A DNA stretch of 64,000 nt from NCBI GenBank assembly GCA_965198175.1, contig OZ240245.1, forward strand, positions 4,860,404-4,924,403. Reading direction: 5' to 3'. A model generated the notes under the pieces. It had not been told where the DNA came from, ran no database searches, and saw only the letters and a program-made list of their open reading frames with translations. Position numbers and translations under genes: made by a program. Of the stretch, positions 38,428-48,478 are shown piece by piece; positions within the stretch are counted from its first letter, which is position 1; the number at the start of each line of letters is the position of its first letter. This DNA comes from Candidatus Poribacteria bacterium. Lineage in GTDB: Bacteria > Poribacteria > WGA-4E > PCPOR2b.

Positions 38428-40383
38428 ATGAAATCTATGAGATTGATAATCAGCCGCCTTTGCGTCACCTCTCGAATTGTGCTGGTGTTATTGATTCTGA
38501 CACCTGCACACGGGTGGAGTTTAGAAGATAAGATCGTCTTTGTTTCCAAGCGCAACGGCACTCCCGAAGTTTTTCTAGCTGAAGGCTTGGACGGCAAACC
38601 GATTCAACTCACACAAGACATGTTTGCGAGTTGGCCCTCAATTTCTCCGGACGGCACTGAGGTCGTCTTCGTCTCTGACCCGCCGCACGGAATATCGAAC
38701 ATATTCAAACTGCACATTGCAAAGAGAAAAATCGAGATATTGACGGACAATGGCGAATTTAATACTAAATATAGCAATCTGGACTGGTCGCCTGACGGGC
38801 GGAAAATCCTGTTTTTCGAGATTATTTTTGCACCACGAGGTCAACCCAATCTGTGTGTGATGGATATGAATACACGTGATATACAACATATACTTCAGAC
38901 GGCTCCCGAAACCTATATTGGGCATCCTACTTGGTCGCCCGATAGTCAGCATATTCTGTATTCAGTTGACCATGTATTGCCTGGCAAACTTGGTATGCGT
39001 GAACTGTTTATCACTGACGATAATGGAATTCACGTAAAGAAAGTCGAACAAGATTTGACGCCGATACAATCGCTACAAAGGCTAATAGTGCCTACATGGT
39101 CACCGAAGCGCAGCGAAATCGCGTACTTCGGCTTAGTAGAAGTTGATGATACCAACCAACCGCCTCCGAATCCATATCATATCTACTCCATGAATCTGGA
39201 TGACGGAATGGTCACCGCTTTAACATCTGGTGGTGCGGAAAACAGAACTCCAAGGGCTTGGCGTCCGGATGGTCAAAAGATTTTATTAACCATTTCATCT
39301 CCATACGGCGAAGAAGTTAGAAGGTCGGACTTCTATGTCATGGATCCCGATGGCGAAAACATGATAAACTTGAACTTGGCGCAGTCGTCGGAGGCAGGTG
39401 CAACCTGGTCACCCGACGGGAAGCAGATTGTGTTTAGCCGAGGGTTGAAAAAAGGGGAAGTGTCGATATTCGTCGCGGATGCGGACGGTCAAAATCAGCA
39501 GCGTCTAACATTTGAGCCCGGTTGGGACCTAGCACCTTATTGGTCGCCCAATGGAGACAAAATCGCTTACCGCTCAAGTCGAGATGGTGTACAGCGAATC
39601 TACACCGTGGACACGGATGGGCAAAATGTTCAACAAATCACGCATCGGCGGCGCAAATATTATACCCCGCCAGCTTGGTCGCCCGATGGGAGATGGCTCG
39701 CTTTCGGAGCCGGCGATGCACGGAGTTGGGGGATATATCTCATTGACCCGCAAGGTGACAACGAAACGCTTATTATGCGTACAGAGTTGAGCGAACTGAC
39801 CGGTTTTGCTTGGGTGTCGCGTCCTACCTGGGCCCCCGACAGTCAGCATCTCATCTACATCAACCCCGAGAGTGAAGATGATGTCGGTTTAATGAAGATA
39901 TCAGTTGACGGAGGGATGCCAATGCATTTGAAAACTAAAGGACTTATATATTGGAAGTATCCCGTGTGGTCGCCGGATGGAAACAGTCTGCTTTTCAGCG
40001 CGAGAGAGGAACGAGAACCATTCGTTGTCGAAGTAGCAGACGCGATATTCTTGATGAATCTCGATACCTTAGAAAGCCGCCATTTCATCTTGCCGGATCT
40101 GAGCATCGTGGAATCAGATAGATATGTTAGCCGATTAGTTTGGGCGCCGGATGGATTGCAACTCATGCTATCAATCGGACCAGTATTGGAAGGTCAAGGT
40201 GTAAAAGGTGTAAGGAGACTGTATTTGATTGATATCGCCAGCGAAACCGTGAAGCTATGGATGGACGATGCGACTGAAGCGGATTGGGTCAGACCCGGCT
40301 TTGTGTATGCTGTCAACCCCCGTGGAAAACACATTGCTACATGGGCGCAAATAAAAACACGGAGGGCCCTAAAACACAAGTAA
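38428..40383 (+). CDS. Secreted TolB-like (PD40-repeat) beta-propeller protein with conserved C-terminal tail
   Basis: Signal peptide; about 11 W[S/A/R]PDG-type repeats; ends AVNPRGKHIATWAQIK. Confidence 0.9.
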   Translation: MKSMRLIISRLCVTSRIVLVLLILTPAHGWSLEDKIVFVSKRNGTPEVFLAEGLDGKPIQLTQDMFASWPSISPDGTEVVFVSDPPHGISNIFKLHIAKRKIEILTDNGEFNTKYSNLDWSPDGRKILFFEIIFAPRGQPNLCVMDMNTRDIQHILQTAPETYIGHPTWSPDSQHILYSVDHVLPGKLGMRELFITDDNGIHVKKVEQDLTPIQSLQRLIVPTWSPKRSEIAYFGLVEVDDTNQPPPNPYHIYSMNLDDGMVTALTSGGAENRTPRAWRPDGQKILLTISSPYGEEVRRSDFYVMDPDGENMINLNLAQSSEAGATWSPDGKQIVFSRGLKKGEVSIFVADADGQNQQRLTFEPGWDLAPYWSPNGDKIAYRSSRDGVQRIYTVDTDGQNVQQITHRRRKYYTPPAWSPDGRWLAFGAGDARSWGIYLIDPQGDNETLIMRTELSELTGFAWVSRPTWAPDSQHLIYINPESEDDVGLMKISVDGGMPMHLKTKGLIYWKYPVWSPDGNSLLFSAREEREPFVVEVADAIFLMNLDTLESRHFILPDLSIVESDRYVSRLVWAPDGLQLMLSIGPVLEGQGVKGVRRLYLIDIASETVKLWMDDATEADWVRPGFVYAVNPRGKHIATWAQIKTRRALKHK

Positions 40384-40770
40384 TCCCCTGAAGTCAGAGA
40401 ATTACATCAAGTGAAACAAATCAAACTAGCGATGACAGCTTCACATGCCACATAGATTTTAAGAGTATTCACTTGAAGATACAGAAGGCTATTTGTTGAT
40501 AGCTGGACACCTTAAAGCCTTTTTGAAACGTGGGTGGCAAAGCCATTTTTGGTCGATCGCGAATCAAAATCATTGGGTTTTCGCGGCATTTACCCCCAAA
40601 TAGCCTCTCACGAAGATGGATTCAGAGTTTTCGAACAGGTTTTCCGATTTGACAGAGAGGGCTTGAAACATTTCAGAATACTCTCTAGAGCATCAGTTCA
40701 GGTATTGAAGTTATCCCCCCCTGTTACATCAAGTGAGTACCGGTGATTTGGAACTTCGAGAGGCTGAACC

Positions 40771-41205
40771 GTGAACGAAGTAAAATATACAACCACACAT
40801 GAATGGATTGAGGTCATTAACTCAAAAGGGATTGTTGGAATCACCGAACGTGCTCAACAGGCTTATGGCGATATTGTATTTGTGGAACTTCCGCTGGTTG
40901 GTGACGAACTTGAGCAGGAAGACACAATCGGCAGGATTGAAGTTGCCGATGGAGGTACTTTTCCCGTGTTTGCCCCTGTGACAGGGGAAATTATCGAGGT
41001 CAACTCCGCCCTTGAAGATGATCCAGATCTAATCAATCGTTCACCAGAGGGAGATGGTTGGATCTGCCGGATGAGTATTGAGGGGCCTAGAGAACTCGAT
41101 ATTTTGATGGGGCCCGAAGAGTACGAAGAGTACGAAGAGGAAAACGAACTCGATGACGATGAATACGTGGGGGAAACTGATTTTTACGATGAGGAGGAGA
41201 ATTAA
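40771..41205 (+). CDS. Glycine cleavage H-like protein lacking the lipoyl-lysine
   Basis: YTTTHEWI, VGITERAQ..GDIVFVELP, APVTGEIIEVN and INRSPEGDGWI match GcvH, but ESVKA is replaced by EVADGG; very acidic tail. Confidence 0.88.
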   Translation: MNEVKYTTTHEWIEVINSKGIVGITERAQQAYGDIVFVELPLVGDELEQEDTIGRIEVADGGTFPVFAPVTGEIIEVNSALEDDPDLINRSPEGDGWICRMSIEGPRELDILMGPEEYEEYEEENELDDDEYVGETDFYDEEEN

Positions 41206-41232
41206 AGACGCGGAATGTAATATGGAGGTAAT

Positions 41233-42012
41233 ATGTTAGGTGCGATTATTGGTGACATTGTCGGCTCAATATACGAGTGGCACCGTATTAAAACCAAGGA
41301 TTTTAGCCTCTTTGACCCGCAATGCGATTTCACAGATGATTCGGTCTGCACGGCGGCTGTTGCTGATATTCTGCTGCATAACCTCCCACCAGCGGAGACG
41401 ATGCAGAAGTGGTGCCGACGTCATCCGGAGCGCGGATACGGCGGATTTTTTCATCAATGGATCCAATTCGCCGTACCAGCGCCCTATGAAAGTTATGGAA
41501 ACGGTGCGGCAATGCGCGTCTCACCAGCGGCGTTCCTCCATCGTGACCACCTATACGCTGCAATAGATGCCGCCGACAACGTGACAGCCATCACACACAA
41601 CCATCCCGAAGGGATGAAAGGCGCACGGGCAACAACCCACGCTATCTGGCTCGCGTATCAAGGTGAAAATTCAACGGACATCCGCCATGCTATCGCGGCC
41701 GAATACGGTTACGACTTGAGCCGAACGGTGGATGATATCCGTCCCGGCTACTCTTTTAACGAGACCTGTCAGGGCACGGTGCCGCAGGCGATTACATGCG
41801 CGCTGGAATCAGAGTGTTTTGAAGATGCAATACGCAATGCCATTTCTCTAGGTGGCGATTCCGATACCCTCGCCGCCATAGCCGGTCCCATCGCCGAAGC
41901 GCTGCACGATATTCCCCATGAGTTCAAAGAACAGGTAGAAAATCAATACCTGGCAGATGCTCCAGACATCCGCGGTGTGATGCAAGAAATGTATCGGACA
42001 TCCGGCGAATAA
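41233..42012 (+). CDS. ADP-ribosylglycohydrolase (DraG/ARH family)
   Basis: GAIIGDIVGS, FTDDS, SYGNGAAMRVSP, THNH and GGDSDT motifs. Confidence 0.93.
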   Translation: MLGAIIGDIVGSIYEWHRIKTKDFSLFDPQCDFTDDSVCTAAVADILLHNLPPAETMQKWCRRHPERGYGGFFHQWIQFAVPAPYESYGNGAAMRVSPAAFLHRDHLYAAIDAADNVTAITHNHPEGMKGARATTHAIWLAYQGENSTDIRHAIAAEYGYDLSRTVDDIRPGYSFNETCQGTVPQAITCALESECFEDAIRNAISLGGDSDTLAAIAGPIAEALHDIPHEFKEQVENQYLADAPDIRGVMQEMYRTSGE

Positions 42013-42044
42013 ATCCGCTGTCTTGTTACCACTACTCGGCGATT

Positions 42045-43001
42045 CTAATTGGGACGTGAATTAGGCATTACGTTCCGTGTGTCCGTGATATAGATTCGTC
42101 GCACCATATTCAGCTTAGGGACGTGCACAATCTGCCGAATACGATACCCCATATCGCCAAGCGGTTTGCTCAGGTCTCTAATTGCAACAAAAGCGGCTTT
42201 AGGCGCGATATGATTGAGATTCTGCAAAATCTCCCAATCTCGTATCGGGTCGTGATCCAGCATGATACCGTAAGGAAGGTTTGTCGCCAGGGAGTCAAAC
42301 CGTTCTCTAATTTGACGCGCATCGCCGAGGCAAACTCCGGCGTCTAAACTGTGATGTGCCAGGTTCGCCTGCGTTGCCTTGACCATCTTGGGGTTGATGT
42401 CATACCCAACGACCCGCATCCCCATGTGTGCGGCTTCTAGCACAATTGTTCCTGTACCGCAACACGGATCAACAAGCCGATCGCTAGGGTCAGCAATCAG
42501 ATTGACGATTGCTCTTGCGAGTTTCGTTGGAAGCGCGCTTGATGTCATGTAGGGACGCTTCCGGTGGTCAACCCACCTACCGTCCGATTTAGACAGAAGC
42601 CTGCCTAACCAGACTCGTTCATTCGTGATTACCGCCAAAAACACAACGCGCGGTTGCGTCAAAGACACGGTGCCGCTGATGACGCCACCAACGATATGAG
42701 CGATTTTCGTTGTGTCCGCTTCCAGACGACGCGGTCGTTTAACTATCGAAACGCGAAAACCTTCGGCGTATAATTCTGCGGTTTTAATCTGTGCACAAAT
42801 CTCTGAGACACTTTCCCCCTCAAACAGAATCTCCATACAACACTTCACATAGGCACCGCGTGTGACATCAACACATTTTTCTGAGATTGCTATCCCATAG
42901 GCATTTGGGGTGTGACCTGTTAATATCATGGATTCAGCGTTGATTAACTCCGCCTCTTGCTTGGGAACACTCGTCAGATAGAGATATTTTGAAATGGACA
43001 T
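42045..43001 (-). CDS. Trm11/UPF0020-like RNA amino-methyltransferase
   Basis: RPYMTSSALPTKLARAIVNL, DPCCGTGT, GYDI and TNLPYG motifs. Confidence 0.8.
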   Translation of the reverse strand: MSISKYLYLTSVPKQEAELINAESMILTGHTPNAYGIAISEKCVDVTRGAYVKCCMEILFEGESVSEICAQIKTAELYAEGFRVSIVKRPRRLEADTTKIAHIVGGVISGTVSLTQPRVVFLAVITNERVWLGRLLSKSDGRWVDHRKRPYMTSSALPTKLARAIVNLIADPSDRLVDPCCGTGTIVLEAAHMGMRVVGYDINPKMVKATQANLAHHSLDAGVCLGDARQIRERFDSLATNLPYGIMLDHDPIRDWEILQNLNHIAPKAAFVAIRDLSKPLGDMGYRIRQIVHVPKLNMVRRIYITDTRNVMPNSRPN

Positions 43002-43025
43002 TTTTTACACCCTTCAGCGAGAAGA

Positions 43026-43084
43026 TTTCGAAATGGTATCACAGTTTTTCGGAGAATGTCAATCTCCGCTCAACCTAACGTTAC
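43026..43084 (-). repeat. REP-like repeat family A, degenerate copy
   Basis: Reverse strand GTTAGGTTGAGCGG...AAAACTGT...TACCATTTCGAA shares internal blocks with the 11755-11856 copy. Confidence 0.55.
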
Positions 43085-43133
43085 TAGCAGAATACAAAGG
43101 ACAGAAAATTACCTTCCAAGCAAAATACTTATC

Positions 43134-44888
43134 ATGTCGCTAGTCAAATTGGAACATGTCACAAAATCGTATGAGCCTAACCTCATCCTTGACGATGTCT
43201 CCTTATCAATTGAACATCGGGACCGAATCGGATTAATTGGTCCGAACGGTAGCGGTAAAACCACGCTAATCTCAATTATTGCGGGTTTAATCGCAGATTT
43301 TCGAGGCAGGGTCATACATGGGAAAAGGACAAAGATCGGGTACCTTAGCCAGGAGACCGATTTGCATCCCGATTGTACATTACATCAGGAGATGCTCAAG
43401 GTATTTCAGGCGCAGCGAGATCTGGAGGATCGGCTACTCTTGCTAAGCGAACGGATGGAGGACGACAGGGATAACCCTGTGATTCTGGAGGAATATGCCC
43501 GGCTACAGGGACAGCATGAACGCATGGGCGGTTATGACTATGAACATCGGATTAACAAGACGCTGGGAGGATTGGGATTCTGTGAGGTCGATTTTCATTT
43601 GAGAAGCGGTCTTTTGAGCGGTGGCCAGAAAAGCCGAGCTGCACTAGCGAAATTGCTGCTTGAAGCGCCCGATCTACTGCTTCTTGATGAACCAACCAAC
43701 CATCTAGACATCAAGGCGATTGAGTGGTTGGAATATTTCCTTAATACTGAATACCAAGGAGCGGCAATCGTCATCTCCCACGATCGCTATTTTTTGGATC
43801 GTGTTGTTGGAAAAATTGTGGAACTCCACAATCACAAGATTAACGGGTATCGCGCAAACTACACGAAGTATCTCGAAACTAAACACCTCGAAATATTGAC
43901 CCAAGAACGCGAGTATCAAAAACAGCAGCGGCATATCGCTCACGAGGAGGAGTTTATCCATCGGAACATCGCTGGGCAACGCACACGTGAAGCGAAAGGG
44001 CGGCAGAAACTGTTGAACCGGCTAGAGCGAATCGAAAAGCCCCATGCGAAAGAAGCAAAAATGAAACTCCACTTCACGCCGGCTGAACGCGGGGGGAATG
44101 ACATTTTGCAATGTCAGAATTTGGGGAAACGATATGGAGAGGTGTCAATCTTTGAAAACTTGAACCTTGAGGCACACCGTGGAGATGTCATCGGAATCAT
44201 TGGACCGAATGGAGTTGGAAAGACAACGCTCTTCCGAATGATTCTCGATCAGGAAAAGCCGACTTCGGGAAATCTAAAGACGGGGCATAATCTTCAGTTC
44301 GGGTATTACGATCAGGAACTCGCAGGGTTGAATCCAGAGAATACGGTTATCAATGAGATTTGGGAGTTACGCCCAACACAAACACAAGGAGAGATTCGAA
44401 GTTTTCTTGGAAAATTCCTGTTTTCCGGTGATTCAGTATTCAAGCGAATTGGAGATCTTAGCGGCGGCGAACAGAGCCGCGTTATGCTAGCTAAGTTGCT
44501 CATGGAAAATGCGAATGTGCTTCTACTTGATGAGCCGACCAACCATCTCGATATTCCATCTCGTGAAGTTCTTGAGGAAGCGTTGGGGGCGTATCCCGCA
44601 ACTATCTTGATAATCTCCCACGATCGCTACTTTCTGAACAAACTCGCCACCAAACTGTTAGTTTTTGAGAACGGCACAGCTAGGCAATTCATCGGAACTT
44701 ACGCTGAATATGAAGCACAGGCTCGATTGGAGAAAGGGCGATCAATGCAGGAAAAGACGGCTGAACAGGGGGAAAAGTTAGCACAGCGTACTAAACAGGA
44801 ACGTGAAAGGTCGCGGAGCGCTTCGACTTCGAAAAAGTCAAAGAAAAGGCGGAGAACGAATAAAGCTGTTCGTATATCTGATGTTTAA
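43134..44888 (+). CDS. ABC-F family ATPase
   Basis: Two ABC domains (GPNGSGKT/LSGGQ/LDEPTNHLD and GPNGVGKT/LSGGE/LDEPTNHLD), no TM segments; start placed at MSLVKL. Confidence 0.95.
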   Translation: MSLVKLEHVTKSYEPNLILDDVSLSIEHRDRIGLIGPNGSGKTTLISIIAGLIADFRGRVIHGKRTKIGYLSQETDLHPDCTLHQEMLKVFQAQRDLEDRLLLLSERMEDDRDNPVILEEYARLQGQHERMGGYDYEHRINKTLGGLGFCEVDFHLRSGLLSGGQKSRAALAKLLLEAPDLLLLDEPTNHLDIKAIEWLEYFLNTEYQGAAIVISHDRYFLDRVVGKIVELHNHKINGYRANYTKYLETKHLEILTQEREYQKQQRHIAHEEEFIHRNIAGQRTREAKGRQKLLNRLERIEKPHAKEAKMKLHFTPAERGGNDILQCQNLGKRYGEVSIFENLNLEAHRGDVIGIIGPNGVGKTTLFRMILDQEKPTSGNLKTGHNLQFGYYDQELAGLNPENTVINEIWELRPTQTQGEIRSFLGKFLFSGDSVFKRIGDLSGGEQSRVMLAKLLMENANVLLLDEPTNHLDIPSREVLEEALGAYPATILIISHDRYFLNKLATKLLVFENGTARQFIGTYAEYEAQARLEKGRSMQEKTAEQGEKLAQRTKQERERSRSASTSKKSKKRRRTNKAVRISDV

Positions 44889-44957
44889 TGTATTAGTCAA
44901 GAGGATGGTTTGCACACGTTGTCGCTGCCGTCGGAGAGTTCCGCCCTCATCTTCGCC

Positions 44958-46397
44958 CTACCAATACGTATACAGTGTAGCTTCAAACAGAATCAATTGA
45001 AGGCACAACAATCCTGCAACCCAATAGAAAGGAGAGGTGCTCTGTTGATGATGGCAGAGGTCGCGAAGATGCTTCGCAACCGGAATTACGACAAACGGCG
45101 CCATGAAGATCCAGATACGTTCGACTTCCATGGTGTACAGCGTCGAAAAAGAAATCACAAGCAACGAGACAAAATAGCCAATAGCATAGATGTCCCTTCG
45201 CCGAAACATTCGTGGAATCTGTCGCACCCATACAATCGTTATCGGTATACCGATGCCGATTAAGAAGGTAAACAGGTTCGCAATGCTCAAGTGAAAGTAC
45301 CGCGCAATCGATTCGTACCCTGTCCCCATTACAGCCTTGTCCTTTTCGATGGCAGCCAATAACACCTCAAGGAGGTTGAACCCCGTGGCTACAAAGGTCA
45401 GCAGGTAGAATGCGGCAAATGTCGCACCAGAAATCAATAATACCGTCAATATACCTTTGAACCGTTCTCGATCCATCATCAGCGTAAGCAACGTCACGAC
45501 ACCAAAAAATAGACCGATGAAAACAATTGAAAAGGTCATTAACATCCCAAATCCGAGTGCGATTCCTGTTAAGATAGCGTAAAGCGTTGTTCGGGATGAA
45601 GTGGCTTTGTAAAACAGGTAGACGCTCACAATGGGGAAGATGCTGAACGGCCCATCCATGGATGTCGTCGTGAACATGACAAAGTTAGGCATAATCAAAT
45701 ATAGCACGGTCGCGTACCGCCCAACCATATCATCATACAAGTTTTTCGCAATCCAAAAGATTGGAATCACGGTTAAACTCGTAAAGCAAATCGATGCAAG
45801 CGAGGCAGTGAGCAGATTATAGCCAAAGCATTTACTGACCATCCATAGAAACAGAATGCCGCCCGGTGGATGGGTTTGGGCATGTCCGGATAAAGTTTGG
45901 AACAGTTCCGGTTTCGAGTAATCTCGCAGGAATGATCGGAGGCCCGCCGTGTCGACTTTCGGTACATCGCTGTAGTATTCCAGGCTTGTCCGTGTGTACG
46001 GTTCGAGGAGCGCGGGCATACGCTGCCCATCTACCTCTCGATAGCCATCGATCATCGCAACGCTGATGCCGATGGCAAGAAAGCTCAGGATTGAAATCAC
46101 AAAAAGCCTAGGGGTTGGCGTCGCTTGTTCGAATAGGACTTTTCGGCAAATCAGTAGGAACCCAACGAGGACAATTGACGCCGGAAGTATCCACAAGCTC
46201 AGGTTGGTTTGTGGTTCCGCATAGAGCGGGGCAACGTGGCGATCGAATTTTACCGCCCCAAGATTGATTCCCTCCACCTTCATCAGATAGACAAGCAGCT
46301 TGTGGTAAATCCAGAAGAAGATAGCTGCCCCAAGACATTGGATTGGGATGGATTCGAGGTCGTTGAAAAAGCGATTCCGTTGATTGTGTAAATTCAT
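44958..46397 (-). CDS. Polytopic GT-C fold glycosyltransferase (PMT_2/GT39-like)
   Basis: Many TM segments; HAQTHPPG loop; EVERIW near the C-terminus. Confidence 0.75.
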   Translation of the reverse strand: MNLHNQRNRFFNDLESIPIQCLGAAIFFWIYHKLLVYLMKVEGINLGAVKFDRHVAPLYAEPQTNLSLWILPASIVLVGFLLICRKVLFEQATPTPRLFVISILSFLAIGISVAMIDGYREVDGQRMPALLEPYTRTSLEYYSDVPKVDTAGLRSFLRDYSKPELFQTLSGHAQTHPPGGILFLWMVSKCFGYNLLTASLASICFTSLTVIPIFWIAKNLYDDMVGRYATVLYLIMPNFVMFTTTSMDGPFSIFPIVSVYLFYKATSSRTTLYAILTGIALGFGMLMTFSIVFIGLFFGVVTLLTLMMDRERFKGILTVLLISGATFAAFYLLTFVATGFNLLEVLLAAIEKDKAVMGTGYESIARYFHLSIANLFTFLIGIGIPITIVWVRQIPRMFRRRDIYAIGYFVSLLVISFSTLYTMEVERIWIFMAPFVVIPVAKHLRDLCHHQQSTSPFYWVAGLLCLQLILFEATLYTYW

Positions 46398-46444
46398 CTA
46401 CCTACCGACATCTCTTCGAAAGAGACGAATCACTGTTTATCGGC

Positions 46445-48265
46445 TTAATGCCCGCTATTATCCTCGCCAATAGCCTTTGCCAGTTCCTTCGCCTGCTCGA
46501 CTCTTTGGTGGATCAGATTGCATCCCCCCTGCCAGAAGTCGGAAGATGTGATGTCAATACCCATGTTAGCGATTAGTTGTGCGGGCGGTGCAGAACCACC
46601 GGCGCGTAACAGATTAAAGTAGGTGGGCACAAATGCTTCGCCTTCGTGTTGATACTTCGCATAAAGTGACAGCACTAGCAACTCACCGAAAGCATAGGCA
46701 TAGACGTAAAACGGACTACGGTTAATGTGCGGGATGTAAAGCCACCACCACTGGTGTTCTTCGCCTAACTTTAGTGAGTCGCCGAACATCTCCTGCATCG
46801 TGCGCTGCCAGAGTTCACAGTAGGCTTCCGTAGGCTGATCGCCCTCTTCACGCCGTAAGCGATGAGCATCTCGCTCGAAGCGATACATCGCAATCTGACG
46901 AAATACCGTGGCGAAAGTGTCTTCAACCTTCCCGCACAACAGAGCCAGTCGCTCTTGTGGCGAGGACAACGTAGTTTGCAGCGCGTCGAATACCAACATT
47001 TCCCCAAAGGTGCTCGCGGTTTCTGCTAGCGGTAAGACAGGGTAGTAGTTAAGCAAGTTCTGTTTGCTTGCAAGGACATCATGGATACCGTGCCCCAACT
47101 CGTGTGCTAACGTCATCACGTCACGAGGCTCACCGGTGTAGTTCATGAGGATATAAGGATGTAAATCAGGAGTAATACCTGCACAATAAGCCCCGCCCTG
47201 TTTACCTGTTCGCAGAGCAGCGTCAATCCAACGTCTGCTGAAGAACGGTTCGGTAATCTCGGTGAGCTTCGTTGAGAATCGTGCAAAAGCGTCGAGTACG
47301 ATGTCTTTTGCTTCATCGAATGAGAACTTAGTGCGCTTACTCGTTATGGGGGCATATCGATCGTAGTGCGTCAGCTCATCCAGCCCCAGCAACTCTCGCT
47401 TGAGGTGATAATAGTCGGCGACGGTTCCATAGTTGTCCACACACACGTCCACGACCATGTTGACCACTGCCTCGTCTACCTCATTGTCGAGGTGACGTGC
47501 TGCTTCTGGTGTCGAAAAACCGCGCAAACGGTCAATAACCTGCTTTTCGTGAAGCAGCGTATTAAAGATAAAAGTCAATATGTGGGCGCCCTCTTTGAGC
47601 GTATGTGTTAAGGCGGTTGAGGCAGCCTTGCGCGTTTCACGGTTGGGGTCGTAGAAGTGTACAAGCAGCTCGCTTTGTGTCAGCTCTTCTTCGCCAAGGC
47701 GGAAAGTTTGACGCGATGTTATCTCGGTGAAAAGCCGTCCAAATGCTCGACCGCGCGTATTGGCGGTCTCCTCTAGAATCCCTTCCTCCGCCTCGCTCAA
47801 GTTGTGTTTTGCAAGCTCACGTTGGTGCTGGAGATAATGACGGTAGGGTTCAAGTTGTGGCTGACTGATGATATCATCAAATGTTTCTTGCCGGATGTTG
47901 CCAATTTCGAGATCGAAGAATATTAAATGCTTTGCCGCCGCTGAGCCAACCTCCCGTGTTCGTTGTAGGAGTGCACCGCGTTGGCTATCTGCAGTATCGG
48001 TCGAAAACAACAGGCTAGCAAACGCCCCGGGCTTGTACTGCGCTTGGAGTAGCTCTTCATAAGCTTCCAGCGCCGATCGGAGTAAATCGGCGGTTACGTC
48101 AGATTGGACAATACGCCCCTTGTATTCTTGTTCAAAAGCCGCCGCTTGAGCCGCCATCGAAGTCAAGTCTTCTTCTAGCTCCGGGGCCTCTATGCCAGAA
48201 TAAAGGTCCGACAAATCCCAGGACGGTAGCCCGCCGGTCTCTTCAGTGTTCACAATGTCCTCCAA
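46445..48265 (-). CDS. M3B oligoendopeptidase (PepF family)
   Basis: WDLSDLY, GKQGGAYC, TLAHELGHGIH, AETAS and FYVYAYAFG motifs. Confidence 0.95.
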   Translation of the reverse strand: MEDIVNTEETGGLPSWDLSDLYSGIEAPELEEDLTSMAAQAAAFEQEYKGRIVQSDVTADLLRSALEAYEELLQAQYKPGAFASLLFSTDTADSQRGALLQRTREVGSAAAKHLIFFDLEIGNIRQETFDDIISQPQLEPYRHYLQHQRELAKHNLSEAEEGILEETANTRGRAFGRLFTEITSRQTFRLGEEELTQSELLVHFYDPNRETRKAASTALTHTLKEGAHILTFIFNTLLHEKQVIDRLRGFSTPEAARHLDNEVDEAVVNMVVDVCVDNYGTVADYYHLKRELLGLDELTHYDRYAPITSKRTKFSFDEAKDIVLDAFARFSTKLTEITEPFFSRRWIDAALRTGKQGGAYCAGITPDLHPYILMNYTGEPRDVMTLAHELGHGIHDVLASKQNLLNYYPVLPLAETASTFGEMLVFDALQTTLSSPQERLALLCGKVEDTFATVFRQIAMYRFERDAHRLRREEGDQPTEAYCELWQRTMQEMFGDSLKLGEEHQWWWLYIPHINRSPFYVYAYAFGELLVLSLYAKYQHEGEAFVPTYFNLLRAGGSAPPAQLIANMGIDITSSDFWQGGCNLIHQRVEQAKELAKAIGEDNSGH

Positions 48266-48478
48266 CCGTCAAGGTACCCGTTTTTGGGGTACGTTATGAC
48301 TCCTCTCGTTAGCCAAACCGGTGGCTTAACACACTCCAAATTGTAAAGGTAACTCTAACTCCAAGGGTACACAATTTCGTTAAATCATCATGTGGCAATG
48401 AGGGAGGGAGTAGCCGGTGCGCGTTTAGGTGAGTGTACGAGTCGAAGGATTAAGTATCACGTAGCAGTACATCATCAA

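Noticed and set aside
40771..41205. Calling this gene gcvH
   Set aside because: The lipoyl-lysine is absent, so canonical glycine-cleavage function is unsupported.
43056..43133. N-terminal extension of the ABC-F ORF
   Set aside because: It derives partly from a REP-like repeat; the ABC domain begins at 43134.
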